From contig CAYPNW010000002.1 in NCBI GenBank assembly GCA_964411965.1, forward strand, positions 1-34,030: a stretch of 34,030 nucleotides of DNA, read 5' to 3'. Position numbers and translations under genes: made by a program. How positions within the stretch are numbered: the first letter of the stretch is position 1; every line of letters begins with the position of its first letter. Below the pieces are notes generated by a model. That model was given only the letters and a program-made list of their open reading frames with translations. It did no database searches and had not been told where the DNA came from. The DNA is from an uncultured Burkholderiaceae bacterium (lineage in GTDB: Bacteria > Pseudomonadota > Gammaproteobacteria > Burkholderiales > Burkholderiaceae_D). Below are positions 8,702-18,293 of this stretch, in pieces.

Positions 8702-11700
8702 GCCCGGAAATAGCTCCTTTCCAGCTGCACATCGCCGTTGGGCGAAGACATCACCGTAGTTGCGCGGATCTCGTATGTCTGCGACACGCCCGACGAGTTG
8801 GTGATGGTCCCGACCGCGCCAACGGCTACGAAGCTGGCATCCGTTTCGGAATTGCTCGCCAGCGTCGTCCAGCTTCCCGCACCGACGAGCCTGAATTCTG
8901 TTGTGATCGACTGCGTGCGCGGGCCTACGTTCAGCGCCACTCGGATGCGCGCCGTGACCGCAATGGCCTGCGAAGGGTCGAGCGCACGAATGATGGGGCC
9001 GAATGTGTCGTTCTGGCTGTCGATGACGATCGTTTGGGCAGCAAGGTTGATCGCCTGCGCTTCGAATATAGAGGGCGCCGACCATGCGCCAATCAGGGTC
9101 ACACCATCGGCACTAAGTATCCGGCCATCGCTGCGCCACAGCGGCGTGCCGTCGTCGGCGGGTTTGCTGGTCGACCAGCCCGAAGGCGTGAGGTTGCCTG
9201 TGGGCGTGGCAGGAGCCGTTCCTTGGCGGCGGTAGATGGCGATGACGGTGTCACCGGTCGCGCCGGGATCACCGTCGCTACCCGCCGCACCCGCCGCCGT
9301 CCAAGTGATGTTTTCGATGCGCGCGCCGGGGGTAGCCAGAGACGAATCGAACCAGAAGCGCCGACCAGCCGTGGTGGCTACTTCGCGGACAAACGTGGCG
9401 CCGTGATAGTAGCGGACCGTCTTGCCGTTGTAGACGATCTGCATCGTCACGCCGGCGGGCTGCACCCCATAATCAGCGATCAGCGCGCCACTTTCATATA
9501 TTTGAAGGTGGCTATCTTCCGCCATATACCATGCGTAATCCAAACTTGTATAGCTGGCGTCGGCGGTAGGATCGGAGTTTAGTCCAACCATGATTGCATG
9601 AACGTTTGTTGGATTCTTGAAGCTGAGAGCAGCGCCGCCGGTGAATGATTCGGAACTATGTGCAGAAGCGTCCCATGCCGAATAGTTGGCAATCCGCTGT
9701 ATAAAATTCGGGCCGACAATGCTGTTGCCGTTGAAGTTGACCAACCCGAAATTGGCCGGGCCAGTGTATTGAACCCACTGATAATCCGCCGGGTTCGTAC
9801 TTTCGACGGACGTCGTCTTGTTGATGGCGCGGCCGATGAATGCACGCCCACCCGGCGCGCCAGTTGTGAAATTTACGTTTCCGTCGATGCTGTCCGCGTA
9901 GGCGTTCCATTCGTAGAGCGTCTGGCCGTCCGTGCCGTTCGTGCCGGGGGCGCCCGCGGTGCCGGGGGCGCCATCTGCCCCCGCCTTGCCGGCAGCTTGC
10001 CAAGAAATATTCTCGACGCGGCCGCCAGCGTCGGCGAGCGAGCTGTCTAGGAAGAGCCTCAAATTGGCCGCAGCGACTACCTGTCGCTGCAGCGCTCCAT
10101 CCTTGAAGTAGCGGACCATCGCGCCATCGTAGATGATCTGGAATTTTGTCGTCGCGCTGTATGCTCCATGCGATGAAATGCCGCTGCCGCTCTCGTATAT
10201 ATCGACTAGCCCGTCGTTCCGCAGGTAGAAGGCGAAGTCGATCGTGGCATAGTCTGCGTTTGTCGTGGGGTCAGTGTTCAGCCCGACCATGATGCTTCTG
10301 TCGGCCTGCGCCAGCGTGAAGCCTAACTGAGCCGTGCCGGTAAAGCTCTCGCTCGAGTAGGCCCCCGTGGTCCAGCCATCACTGCCGGCAGACCGGTAGA
10401 AAAAGTTGGAGCCGACAGTCGTGTTGCCGTTGAAACTCACGAGGCCAAAATTTGCAGGACCGCGATAAGCGGACCACTGGTAATCTGCCGGGTTCGTGGA
10501 TTCCGTCGGTGTTGTCTTGTTTACCGCAATGCCGATATACGCACGGCCGCCGGGGGAGCCGGTTGAGAAGTTGATTTGGCCATCGACGCTATCGGCGTAA
10601 GCGATCCACGTATAAGTCGTAACGCCATCAGCGCCGGGGGTGCCTGGTGCACCATCGGTACCAAAAGCCACTTCCGCCGCGATGTTGTCTCGGTCTTCCG
10701 GCGAAGTCAGTGACGGCGTAGGCGGCGCGGTCCCAGTGCGACCCAGCGCGAAATCATGCTTGCCATCCGTTTCCGACACAAAGGTCAGCGTCACCTTCAT
10801 CGTCGCGGGATCGATCGAGCGATCTACGATCACGGCATCGACATCGGCTAAGCCATGATCGGTCGGCAGATTGAGCGTCAGCATGTCGCCGGGCCCGAAT
10901 TTGCGCAGCCGCGGCTTGCATACCAGCGTTATCGGAAACAGCTCGCGTCCGTTCACCAGTTCATAGGCAGCCAGTTGAGCCGCCTGGTTCTTCTGCTGCA
11001 CCAGATTATACTGGCGCTCTTCGATCTTTTCCTCACCATCCTCGGTGACGTAGGCGGGCACGGTCACCAGATCTGACGGGACATATTCCCACTTGTGTGC
11101 TTCGGACCGATACTTCGGTATGATGCCATTGCGCCGATTGCGCCAGCTTTGCATCGGCGTCGTCTCGGCATCGTCGTCGGCCAGGTCGACGGCCGTGACG
11201 GTGTCGAGCGACACGCGCGGTGCGTTGATCTTGCAGCCCAGCTTGCCGCCGGTGAACAGCGGCTCTGCGCCACCGGCCTGCAGTATCTCCTTCAGGTTCG
11301 CCCAGCGGTCGCCCGGTTCGTAAATCCCGCCGCCCACCTTCCAGCCATTGGCATCGCACACATTGGCCAGCGTGACGAAATCGGCGATCCGGATGCCTTC
11401 GCCGGGCAGGCCGACGCCAAACACCTTCTTGCCCACGCGATAGCGCCCCAGCGCGTAGCTCAGCGCGTGCAGGCCGGGATTTTCCGAATAGACCCACGTC
11501 GATTCATCATTGATGCGGCACGCGCCCGACCCACCCGGATAGGTGCTGTCGAGGCGGGGATCGTACACCTTCACGCCGAGCACCACATGCCCGATCGAGG
11601 GCACGCCGCTGGCGAAGCGCTTGCCGTCCTTGTCGAACTTCAGGTTCAACATCACTGCGCACTTGCTCGACAGCTTGTGCGCGCTCGACCAACCCGGGAC

Positions 11701-12240
11701 ACCCGCGAAACTCGGCGTCAGCGCGGTTTCGGTGCCCTGTCCCAGTCGGATATCGCGATACAGGAAGCCCGAATAATAGCCCGTGGCGGCGTTGGCGCTG
11801 AACGACACGGGTGCATAGTCCAGATAGGTGGCTTCCACCGACTGCACCGGCCCTGCCACCGACAGCAGCAGCACCATGGCACGATAGGGATTTGGTACCT
11901 TCTTCAGTGTCGCGCCATAGCCGACATCGTGCCGCAAGATACCGCCGATATAAGTGCGTCCCATCACATAAGGCGACGGAGCGTCGCTGGCGATCAGCAC
12001 CTGGTTGACGGCGCCGCGCGCAGGCGGCTTCTTTGCGGTCAGCTGCGCACCGATGTTCGCGACGGTAGCGGCTACCGAGGCGATGGCACCAATCGTTGCA
12101 ATGGTCCCTGTAGAGACGCCCGCCACGGTCAACGACCCGGCCAATGTGGGGGCCAGCGCACCTGCTGCAGCGCCGGCTGTCACTGCGATCAATGCCACCG
12201 CGCCTGCGATCACGGCAACGGTGCGTAGCGTCTTGCTCAC
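8698..12240 (-). CDS. Tail tip/host-specificity protein with collagen-like linkers and duplicated module
   Basis: Start refined to GTG 12240 (GTGA overlap); GVKVYDPRLDST..W.YSENP motif typical of phage tail-tip proteins; Gly-X-Y repeats. Confidence 0.88.
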   Translation of the reverse strand: MSKTLRTVAVIAGAVALIAVTAGAAAGALAPTLAGSLTVAGVSTGTIATIGAIASVAATVANIGAQLTAKKPPARGAVNQVLIASDAPSPYVMGRTYIGGILRHDVGYGATLKKVPNPYRAMVLLLSVAGPVQSVEATYLDYAPVSFSANAATGYYSGFLYRDIRLGQGTETALTPSFAGVPGWSSAHKLSSKCAVMLNLKFDKDGKRFASGVPSIGHVVLGVKVYDPRLDSTYPGGSGACRINDESTWVYSENPGLHALSYALGRYRVGKKVFGVGLPGEGIRIADFVTLANVCDANGWKVGGGIYEPGDRWANLKEILQAGGAEPLFTGGKLGCKINAPRVSLDTVTAVDLADDDAETTPMQSWRNRRNGIIPKYRSEAHKWEYVPSDLVTVPAYVTEDGEEKIEERQYNLVQQKNQAAQLAAYELVNGRELFPITLVCKPRLRKFGPGDMLTLNLPTDHGLADVDAVIVDRSIDPATMKVTLTFVSETDGKHDFALGRTGTAPPTPSLTSPEDRDNIAAEVAFGTDGAPGTPGADGVTTYTWIAYADSVDGQINFSTGSPGGRAYIGIAVNKTTPTESTNPADYQWSAYRGPANFGLVSFNGNTTVGSNFFYRSAGSDGWTTGAYSSESFTGTAQLGFTLAQADRSIMVGLNTDPTTNADYATIDFAFYLRNDGLVDIYESGSGISSHGAYSATTKFQIIYDGAMVRYFKDGALQRQVVAAANLRLFLDSSLADAGGRVENISWQAAGKAGADGAPGTAGAPGTNGTDGQTLYEWNAYADSIDGNVNFTTGAPGGRAFIGRAINKTTSVESTNPADYQWVQYTGPANFGLVNFNGNSIVGPNFIQRIANYSAWDASAHSSESFTGGAALSFKNPTNVHAIMVGLNSDPTADASYTSLDYAWYMAEDSHLQIYESGALIADYGVQPAGVTMQIVYNGKTVRYYHGATFVREVATTAGRRFWFDSSLATPGARIENITWTAAGAAGSDGDPGATGDTVIAIYRRQGTAPATPTGNLTPSGWSTSKPADDGTPLWRSDGRILSADGVTLIGAWSAPSIFEAQAINLAAQTIVIDSQNDTFGPIIRALDPSQAIAVTARIRVALNVGPRTQSITTEFRLVGAGSWTTLASNSETDASFVAVGAVGTITNSSGVSQTYEIRATTVMSSPNGDVQLERSYFRA
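9290..10662 (-). repeat. Intragenic tandem duplication of a ~230-aa module
   Basis: Both copies contain AYADS.DG..NF.TG.PGGRA.IG.A.NKTT..ESTNPADYQW..Y.GPANFGLV.FNGN...SSESFTG...IMVGLN.DPT...DSSLA..G.R.ENI.W.AAG. Confidence 0.95.
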
Positions 12241-12659
12241 AGGCGCCATGCTCCGATCAATTCGCGCACGATCAGCGGCTTGATTCCGCTCGGATCGTCG
12301 GGATGCCATCCCAGCAGCTTGTCGCCTGCCGACACCACAATGCTTTCGAAGCCCCCCGCATCCTCAGGATCGCCCGCCACCAGCGCCAGGTCGCCGAGCA
12401 GCATTGCTGCAGGCGCAATCCGGGGCAGCAGGCTGTCGAGCAACGCTGCCAGATCGGCATGCCCGGTGGCCTTCAGCGCGGATCGTGCACCCAGTGGCGA
12501 CCGCAGATCGGGGATGGCCGGGGGGCGATGCCCCATCTGCCGCATCTGGAACCGCGCGAGGTGGATGCAGGTCGACCGGTTACGCCAGTCGAACGCCCGC
12601 GCACGATATTTGCGCATTGTCTTTTCGGTGGCGATCTTGCGCCGCAGCAGGTCGGACAT
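12237..12659 (-). CDS. NlpC/P60-like tail-tip assembly protein (DUF6950-like)
   Basis: FDWRNRSTCIHLA motif, AMLLGDLAL; position before tail-tip gene; start refined to 12659 (TGATG). Confidence 0.7.
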   Translation of the reverse strand: MSDLLRRKIATEKTMRKYRARAFDWRNRSTCIHLARFQMRQMGHRPPAIPDLRSPLGARSALKATGHADLAALLDSLLPRIAPAAMLLGDLALVAGDPEDAGGFESIVVSAGDKLLGWHPDDPSGIKPLIVRELIGAWRL

Positions 12660-13279
12660 CAGCGGTAAATCTCCCGCAGCACGTCGCTGCTGTAAGTGCG
12701 CGGAATACTGGTGCCATAACCGGCCCCCGGCTGTGCCTCGGTCCCCCACGCGACCGCCGTGCCCAGCCCGGTGGCATTGTCCTCGCCCAGCTCGCCGGGA
12801 TAGACGCGCTTGTGGAATAGTGGATTGAGGCTGTTGCCTTCATTTCCCGCGAACAGCCGCTCGGCGGTCGAAACGAAACTGATGTCCAGCTCGCGCTTAC
12901 CTTTGCCGGTGCGCAGCAGCGCCGTATCGATCTGGCCATGAAACAGCAGGTCCGGCGCTTCGACTGGTACATCGGTGGCGACGTCCAGTTCGGCGATCCA
13001 GAAACGCGTGACGCTGCCCTGCATTCCCGGTGCGGATATTTCGGTGGCGGATGCCGTGCTGTTGGGCAGGAATGTCAACTGGAATGCCGGCACTTCGTCG
13101 CCCACGCCTTCGTTGAATGTCTCCATCGATCCTATGGTGCCAAAGGTCGGATCGGCGGACAGGAACGTCTCTGTCCCCGCGCCAACATTGGCATTCACGA
13201 ACCCGCCATCGCACAGGCGGATCGTCCGCCCGTCACGCAGCACCATCTTCATCAGCCCGACAAGCTTGACCGCGGTCAT
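12659..13279 (-). CDS. Minor tail protein (hub-like)
   Basis: Position; LLFHGQID, HKRVYPGELG..WG motif; coupled stop/start. Confidence 0.75.
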   Translation of the reverse strand: MTAVKLVGLMKMVLRDGRTIRLCDGGFVNANVGAGTETFLSADPTFGTIGSMETFNEGVGDEVPAFQLTFLPNSTASATEISAPGMQGSVTRFWIAELDVATDVPVEAPDLLFHGQIDTALLRTGKGKRELDISFVSTAERLFAGNEGNSLNPLFHKRVYPGELGEDNATGLGTAVAWGTEAQPGAGYGTSIPRTYSSDVLREIYR

Positions 13280-13872
13280 CAGGCAACTTCCTCGATCGAA
13301 AAACCGATACCGTCGATGATGCCGCCGACCTGCAGGTTCCAGCTTATTGCCCCGTCGACCAGCCCTTCGATCATCGGCATCGCCAGATTGACCGTCGCGC
13401 CGTCAGCAAAAGGATGGCGCAGGTTCGGACTGATCGCCACCAAAGCCGCACCATCACCACCAATGGTCCAGGGCGCGCGTACATTGTGCAGATAATGCCG
13501 ACCGTCCGCGCGCACGAGGGACAGCCACCAGCCTTCGCGGATGACAAAACCCGGCGTGCCACCCCGCAACGCAATGGCATTGCCCGACTGGCCAGCGCCA
13601 TTGACCACCATCGAACCCCCGCCCGACTGGTCGACTCCCTGCAAGGGATAGGCGACGCGTAACCCTTCGGTCTTCGCCGACAGCAAACGTGCCACGGCCA
13701 CCCGCCGCGCTTCCGCCGTCTGCGGCGCCAGCGTCATGTCGACGCGAAACCGATTCCCGTTGCGCAGCAGGTTCAGCGTCTCCGCACCGGTGGCGGGCCG
13801 AATGACGCCGCCATATTCCAGCATCGATGGCGTCGCCCCGTTGGGGACGATATCGTCGGGGAATGTGATCAT
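13279..13872 (-). CDS. Distal tail protein-like minor tail protein
   Basis: Directly after tape measure; ATGA overlap. Confidence 0.7.
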   Translation of the reverse strand: MITFPDDIVPNGATPSMLEYGGVIRPATGAETLNLLRNGNRFRVDMTLAPQTAEARRVAVARLLSAKTEGLRVAYPLQGVDQSGGGSMVVNGAGQSGNAIALRGGTPGFVIREGWWLSLVRADGRHYLHNVRAPWTIGGDGAALVAISPNLRHPFADGATVNLAMPMIEGLVDGAISWNLQVGGIIDGIGFSIEEVA

Positions 13873-16001
13873 GCCAGACGCCTCCCGCCACGTCTGGCAA
13901 TCGCCTTTTGTGCTCCAGCGCTGGCCGCCTGTGATCCGGCAACGACCATCGGTGCGGCAACATGAGCCGCGCGATTGTCAACGACGACGTCGAAATATTG
14001 TGAAGGAACTATGGTCGCTATGCCGCCGCGCCCGCCATTGTCGTTGCCAGCGTTGGGATGGATGTAACCCGACCGCGATGCCGTGAACATTTCCGGTCCA
14101 CGCTCGCCGACGACGTAAGTCTTGCCCGCCGATACAGGGCCGCCATTGGCGCGAAAGCCCGAAATTGGTGTGAAATTGCTGAAGCTGGCTTTGAGGTTTT
14201 TGCCAAACAGGCCCGACCCCGCGATGGACCCGAAAGCATTGAAAGCGCTGGAGAGAATATCCAGAACGCCGCCGTTCTTTATGGCATTGGCAAGGTTGGA
14301 GAGCGCATTGAGCGACTTGTTCGCCATGTCGACAAAGGCATTGCCAGTTGCTTCCGTGCTGGCCTGCAGGCTTGATGCGGCAGCCGCAGCAGTGGATTCG
14401 ACCGACGCCCACGCCCGCTCCACTTCGGCCAGCCCCTGCGGCGTCATCTTCAATGCCGGGGAAACTTCCTCGGACGCCGCAGTCTGCGCGTCTCTGACCC
14501 GCGTAGTCTGACGCGCAATGGCGTCCATGCGCACCGGTTCCGACAGAGTCGTGTCGGCCTGCAACGCCGCAAGCTTTTCCATCTCTGCCCGCAACTCGGC
14601 GGTCTTGGGATACAGGCTGTCGATAATGCCGCCGATGCGCGCGGCCATGTCCCGGAAATTGTCCGCAGTCGACTTGGTGGCCTTCTGCGCCTGATCGACC
14701 ATCAGATGATCAAGGCGATCCATGTTCTGGCCGATCTCGTCGACCATGTCAGGGATATAGCTGTGCCCGACGACGGCATCGTACAGGTCGTAGAACCACT
14801 TGCCGACCGCCTTCAGCTTGTCGCTCAGGTAATTCCAGACCGCGCCCAGCTTGTCGATCAGCCAGAGCTTCACGCCGGTGTAGAGATTGCGCAGGATCGG
14901 CTCGATCTTGTCCCAGTTCTTCCAGACGAGATACACGCCAGTGATCGCTGCGGCGACCGCCGCCAGCGGGATGAGGATGGGCGAAAGCGCCACGATCAGC
15001 GAACCTATCGCCGGGATCGCGCCGGTGGCGATAATCGTCGCCAGCGTACCTATCGCCGCACCGATGGGCGCGAGGACGGGAAGCAATGCTGCGAATCCGG
15101 ACACCAGCCCTGCCACCCCCAGCGCAAGCGGGCCCAGCGCCGTCGCTGCCGCTCCCACGATCAGCACCCACTTCTGCGTTTCTGGCGACAGCGACGTGAA
15201 TGCATCGAGCACACTGATCAGCGCATCGGCCAGCACAGGAATGATCGGCAGCAGCTTCTCGCCGACGGTGTCGCCGACCTGACCCAGCTTGACGAAGACC
15301 TGGCGCATCGGATCGGCCTTCGCTGCGGCCTCCGCCGCGCCACCGAATTGCCGGTTAAGTTCGCCCAGCATGATCGCCTGCGCGCCGGCGACGTTGCCGA
15401 CTTCCTGCATCGCCTTAATCTGGGCTTTCTGGCTGTCTGTAAACTGGATGCCCGCCCGCGAAAGCGCGGTGAGTCCCTTGACCGGATCGTTGAGCGCCTT
15501 GCCGATCATCAGCGTCGCGCCCTGCAGGTCGCCGCCCATGCGCTCGGCCAGATCGACTGCGGCCTGCTGCGCCTTCAGGAAATTCTCACCGGCCACATTG
15601 CCAAACGTCAGCAGGTTGGCCGTCGATGTTTTCAGGATCTCGTCGGCATCGACCAGGCTGTTTAGTTCCAGCTTGTCCGCAAATTTTGAAAGCTGCTCGG
15701 ATGACAGCCCCGCCGTGTTCCCCATCGACTTAATCGCCGCATCGACCTGCGCGACCGCGGCTGCCTGATCGCGTGCGCCCTGGACGGCCTTTGCTGCCAT
15801 CGCGATCAGCGGACCGGACACGCCTACGGTCAGCGCGGCACCGACCGTCTTGAACTTGTCCGCCGTCTTCTGAAGCGACTTCTGCGCAGCCTTCAGCCGT
15901 TTGTCAGCATCGCCAAGGCCTTCCTGGAACGCCAGGCTGTCCAGCCCTAACACGTAACGGAGATAGCCCAGGACGACGCCTGAGCCCTGTCCCTTTGCCA
16001 C
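13869..16001 (-). CDS. Tail tape measure protein (~710 aa)
   Basis: Ala-rich helical protein; IGKALNDPVKGLTALSRAGIQFT, VGHSYIPDMV, ANGGPV...VVGERGPEMF motifs; GTG start at 16001 with GAAGGGA RBS. Confidence 0.93.
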   Translation of the reverse strand: MAKGQGSGVVLGYLRYVLGLDSLAFQEGLGDADKRLKAAQKSLQKTADKFKTVGAALTVGVSGPLIAMAAKAVQGARDQAAAVAQVDAAIKSMGNTAGLSSEQLSKFADKLELNSLVDADEILKTSTANLLTFGNVAGENFLKAQQAAVDLAERMGGDLQGATLMIGKALNDPVKGLTALSRAGIQFTDSQKAQIKAMQEVGNVAGAQAIMLGELNRQFGGAAEAAAKADPMRQVFVKLGQVGDTVGEKLLPIIPVLADALISVLDAFTSLSPETQKWVLIVGAAATALGPLALGVAGLVSGFAALLPVLAPIGAAIGTLATIIATGAIPAIGSLIVALSPILIPLAAVAAAITGVYLVWKNWDKIEPILRNLYTGVKLWLIDKLGAVWNYLSDKLKAVGKWFYDLYDAVVGHSYIPDMVDEIGQNMDRLDHLMVDQAQKATKSTADNFRDMAARIGGIIDSLYPKTAELRAEMEKLAALQADTTLSEPVRMDAIARQTTRVRDAQTAASEEVSPALKMTPQGLAEVERAWASVESTAAAAASSLQASTEATGNAFVDMANKSLNALSNLANAIKNGGVLDILSSAFNAFGSIAGSGLFGKNLKASFSNFTPISGFRANGGPVSAGKTYVVGERGPEMFTASRSGYIHPNAGNDNGGRGGIATIVPSQYFDVVVDNRAAHVAAPMVVAGSQAASAGAQKAIARRGGRRLA

Positions 16002-16012
16002 CGGCAATCCCT

Positions 16013-16330
16013 TCAATCATGTTGACCAAGATCCTGCCGCGCCTTCATTCGGCGCAGCATCTCAAGCACCGCCATCGCCCCACTTGGCTTAGGCACGTTC
16101 GCTTTCGGCAAATAGGCGTCTGCGCGTTTCAGCACCTTCTGCCGCGCCATGACCTCGACTTGATGGGCGAGAAGCACGATCCGCTCCTGATTGCCCCGCG
16201 CCCGCCCGCGCATGACGTTCTGGTATGAACGAAAGGTCTGTCGCCAGTAGCTTTCGGGCGCTAACCCTTCCGCCGACCAGTCTTCCTGGGTTTTGTCCCA
16301 ATCCCACTCGTCGGCGCCGCTACCTTTCCC
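16013..16330 (-). CDS. Tail assembly chaperone T portion (gpGT, made by -1 frameshift)
   Basis: -1 frame is open from slippery site (GKGSGADEWDWDK...GLAPESYWRQTFRSYQNVMRGR) into ORF 16013..16213. Confidence 0.8.
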   Translation of the reverse strand, partial: GKGSGADEWDWDKTQEDWSAEGLAPESYWRQTFRSYQNVMRGRARGNQERIVLLAHQVEVMARQKVLKRADAYLPKANVPKPSGAMAVLEMLRRMKARQDLGQHD

Positions 16331-16683
16331 TCCGCACTCGGATCGACTTTCGGCATGACCCCATCAAGCACTTTTCCAAGGGCTTCGCCCACGGCCACGC
16401 CTTCATTCAGCAGATTGATCGCATCCTTGTGGGTGATGTCAGGATGCCTATCTTTCAGCGCGCCGTAGAGCAGCCCGCCCAGCACCTTAAGTGGAGGCGG
16501 ACGGACGACCTTACCCGATACGGGATCAAGCTCTGGCGTGATCGCCCTTAGCAGCGCCTGCGGTGCCAGACCTGTAACCTCTTCCGCTTCGGCAAAGGCG
16601 TTGAAATCCATAACAAGGTGGAACGTGCGCGGCGGGTTTTCCGAGGTTGTAAAAGATGCCTCGCCCTTCTGAATGTTGCCCAT
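16261..16683 (-). CDS. Tail assembly chaperone (gpG-like)
   Basis: Between tail tube and tape measure; DFNAFAEAEE motif; slippery site. Confidence 0.85.
   Translation of the reverse strand: MGNIQKGEASFTTSENPPRTFHLVMDFNAFAEAEEVTGLAPQALLRAITPELDPVSGKVVRPPPLKVLGGLLYGALKDRHPDITHKDAINLLNEGVAVGEALGKVLDGVMPKVDPSAEGKVAAPTSGIGTKPRKTGRRKG
16324..16330 (-). promoter_or_regulatory. Programmed -1 ribosomal frameshift site G GGA AAG
   Basis: Same heptamer as lambda G-T, in correct X XXY YYZ phase near 3' end of chaperone gene. Confidence 0.88.
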
Positions 16684-17136
16684 TTATACGGGCGCCGCAT
16701 AAGCTTCAATGTCGTCAATCGTGCGCACCTGGAACGTGGCGGTCGCTTCGATCACGCCGTCGATCGTCACTTCGCCACGGTTGTAGCCCGTGCACTTGGC
16801 CGTCAATTCGATCTGTGCCGCCGGCTCGCCATTTTCAGGTAGTACTACCTTCATCGCACGAAGATCATTTTCCTTCGCAGCGTCTTCCAGCAGCACATCG
16901 GTGGTCGACAGCGGGCGACAATTCAGCGTCACTTCGAACTCGCTGTCTTCATAAAAGGTGCTGATAAACTCGCGCCGCCAGCCCGGCGACTTCAGGTGCG
17001 TCGTCTCGACCTGCTCGCGCGTGCCGCCACCGGGAATCTGAAAGCTTTTTACCTGCAGCAGCTCATAAAGCGTGGTGCCGTTGTGCAGCCAGACCTCGCC
17101 CATGTAGCCAACCGTGGCTTCTTGCGTTTCCGCCAT
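16684..17136 (-). CDS. Major tail tube protein
   Basis: VETTHLKSPGWRREFI motif; position. Confidence 0.85.
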   Translation of the reverse strand: MAETQEATVGYMGEVWLHNGTTLYELLQVKSFQIPGGGTREQVETTHLKSPGWRREFISTFYEDSEFEVTLNCRPLSTTDVLLEDAAKENDLRAMKVVLPENGEPAAQIELTAKCTGYNRGEVTIDGVIEATATFQVRTIDDIEAYAAPV

Positions 17137-17137
17137 T

Positions 17138-17536
17138 TCAATCTCCTACGTGCCAGATGATGAAATCCACCGACTGGCGATGGATGAAGGTGCCGTCCGT
17201 GACGGATTCCCCGAGGTCGCGTTGGCTCTCGACCCGCGCGTTACCGAACTTCTTGCCCGAAACGGTTGCGGGCGGGCGCAGCGCGGCGATGGCCGCCCGC
17301 GCCAGCGAAAGCGCAATGCCGTAATTTTCCGCCCAGCAATCGCACTGGATCCGGGTTCCCCGTGCGCCGTCAGGCCCCTTAAGATGGTCCGGCCGTGGAT
17401 CGCTCACCGTTTGCAGCGTGATAGCGGGCAACGCCGTTTTCTGTGGTCGCTCGACCCAGTAGATGCGCGTGGCGGCGATGGCCGCGACGGTATTGTCCGC
17501 CAGCAGCCGAGCGCGCACGCCGGTCTGGAAATCCAT
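17138..17536 (-). CDS. Tail terminator (DUF3168-like)
   Basis: RIYW..RPQ...LPAI, RIQCDCWA, HRQSVDF motifs. Confidence 0.85.
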   Translation of the reverse strand: MDFQTGVRARLLADNTVAAIAATRIYWVERPQKTALPAITLQTVSDPRPDHLKGPDGARGTRIQCDCWAENYGIALSLARAAIAALRPPATVSGKKFGNARVESQRDLGESVTDGTFIHRQSVDFIIWHVGD

Positions 17537-17538
17537 GA

Positions 17539-17952
17539 CTACCCTTTCGCCGTGCTTTTCTTGGCCGCCCGAATGACCGCGTCGTTCGTTTCGATCATCA
17601 GCGCGTCGCCAAAGGCTTCGAACCGGCGCTGCTGTCCCTGATCGATCGCGCGACGAAAGAAGGGATTGGCGACCTGGTCGCTATTCCCGAACTCTTCCTG
17701 CACCGAGGCGATATCCTCCGCGCGCACTTCAATCCTCGGCGCTCCCTTCCGCGATGGCGCGGGGAACACGTCGACCGATTCACGCAGATCACCGGATAGG
17801 ACCGTGGCGCTGGCCCGTACATCGCGTGCCAGCATTTCGGCAGGCACATTCAGCGCCTTGCGTCCGACGCCCCGCGCCATTGCCTTCGACATGTCGTTCA
17901 GCCCCTTGCTGGTTTCTCGAAAGCCTTCGAGCCGCCCGCTGCGCCGCGTCAT
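17539..17952 (-). CDS. HK97 gp10-like tail-completion protein
   Basis: SGDLRES, EFGN..Q.ANPFFRRA motifs. Confidence 0.85.
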   Translation of the reverse strand: MTRRSGRLEGFRETSKGLNDMSKAMARGVGRKALNVPAEMLARDVRASATVLSGDLRESVDVFPAPSRKGAPRIEVRAEDIASVQEEFGNSDQVANPFFRRAIDQGQQRRFEAFGDALMIETNDAVIRAAKKSTAKG

Positions 17953-18293
17953 GTCGTCGACCGGATCGCCGTGATGTCGATTCCGACATTATATTCGCGC
18001 GATGGCACGACGCTGCCGATCTCCCAGATCGCACCATCGAACTGGATGCGATCCTCCACGCTGACAGCCGCCGTGGCCGCACTGCGCAAAACAGAGAATG
18101 TGGCCGGTGCCGAAGCGGCGAGTTGCGCCGCCTCCCGGCGCTCCGCCCCGCTGCCGAAATTGACATGGGCCCAGGGCTGGCAGCGCATCGACCACGTTTC
18201 GGTCTGACCGCCATAATCGTCAGCCGCCACATGCTTGCGTTCGATCACGATCTGCCGGTTGCGCGCGCTGGAAGTGAAACGGTTAAAGGCCAT
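17949..18293 (-). CDS. Head closure protein (SPP1 gp16-like head-tail adaptor)
   Basis: Start refined to 18293 (TGATG); DDYGG...W...WA, DRIQFDG..WEI motifs. Confidence 0.85.
   Translation of the reverse strand: MAFNRFTSSARNRQIVIERKHVAADDYGGQTETWSMRCQPWAHVNFGSGAERREAAQLAASAPATFSVLRSAATAAVSVEDRIQFDGAIWEIGSVVPSREYNVGIDITAIRSTT

Noticed and set aside
8702-9085. N-terminal extensions in the ORF track (e.g. 8165..9085, 689..1330, 17949..18539, 28807..30171)
   Set aside because: They overlap upstream genes extensively; internal starts with RBS or stop/start coupling fit better
8698-10662. Diversity-generating retroelement TR/VR pair in tail-tip repeats
   Set aside because: Copies are long, in-frame and diverged at all base types rather than adenines only; no reverse transcriptase in window
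11095-15665. Long plus-strand ORFs (11095..12228, 14706..15665 and others)
   Set aside because: Lie antisense to well-supported tail-tip and tape measure genes; Arg/Ala-rich shadow composition
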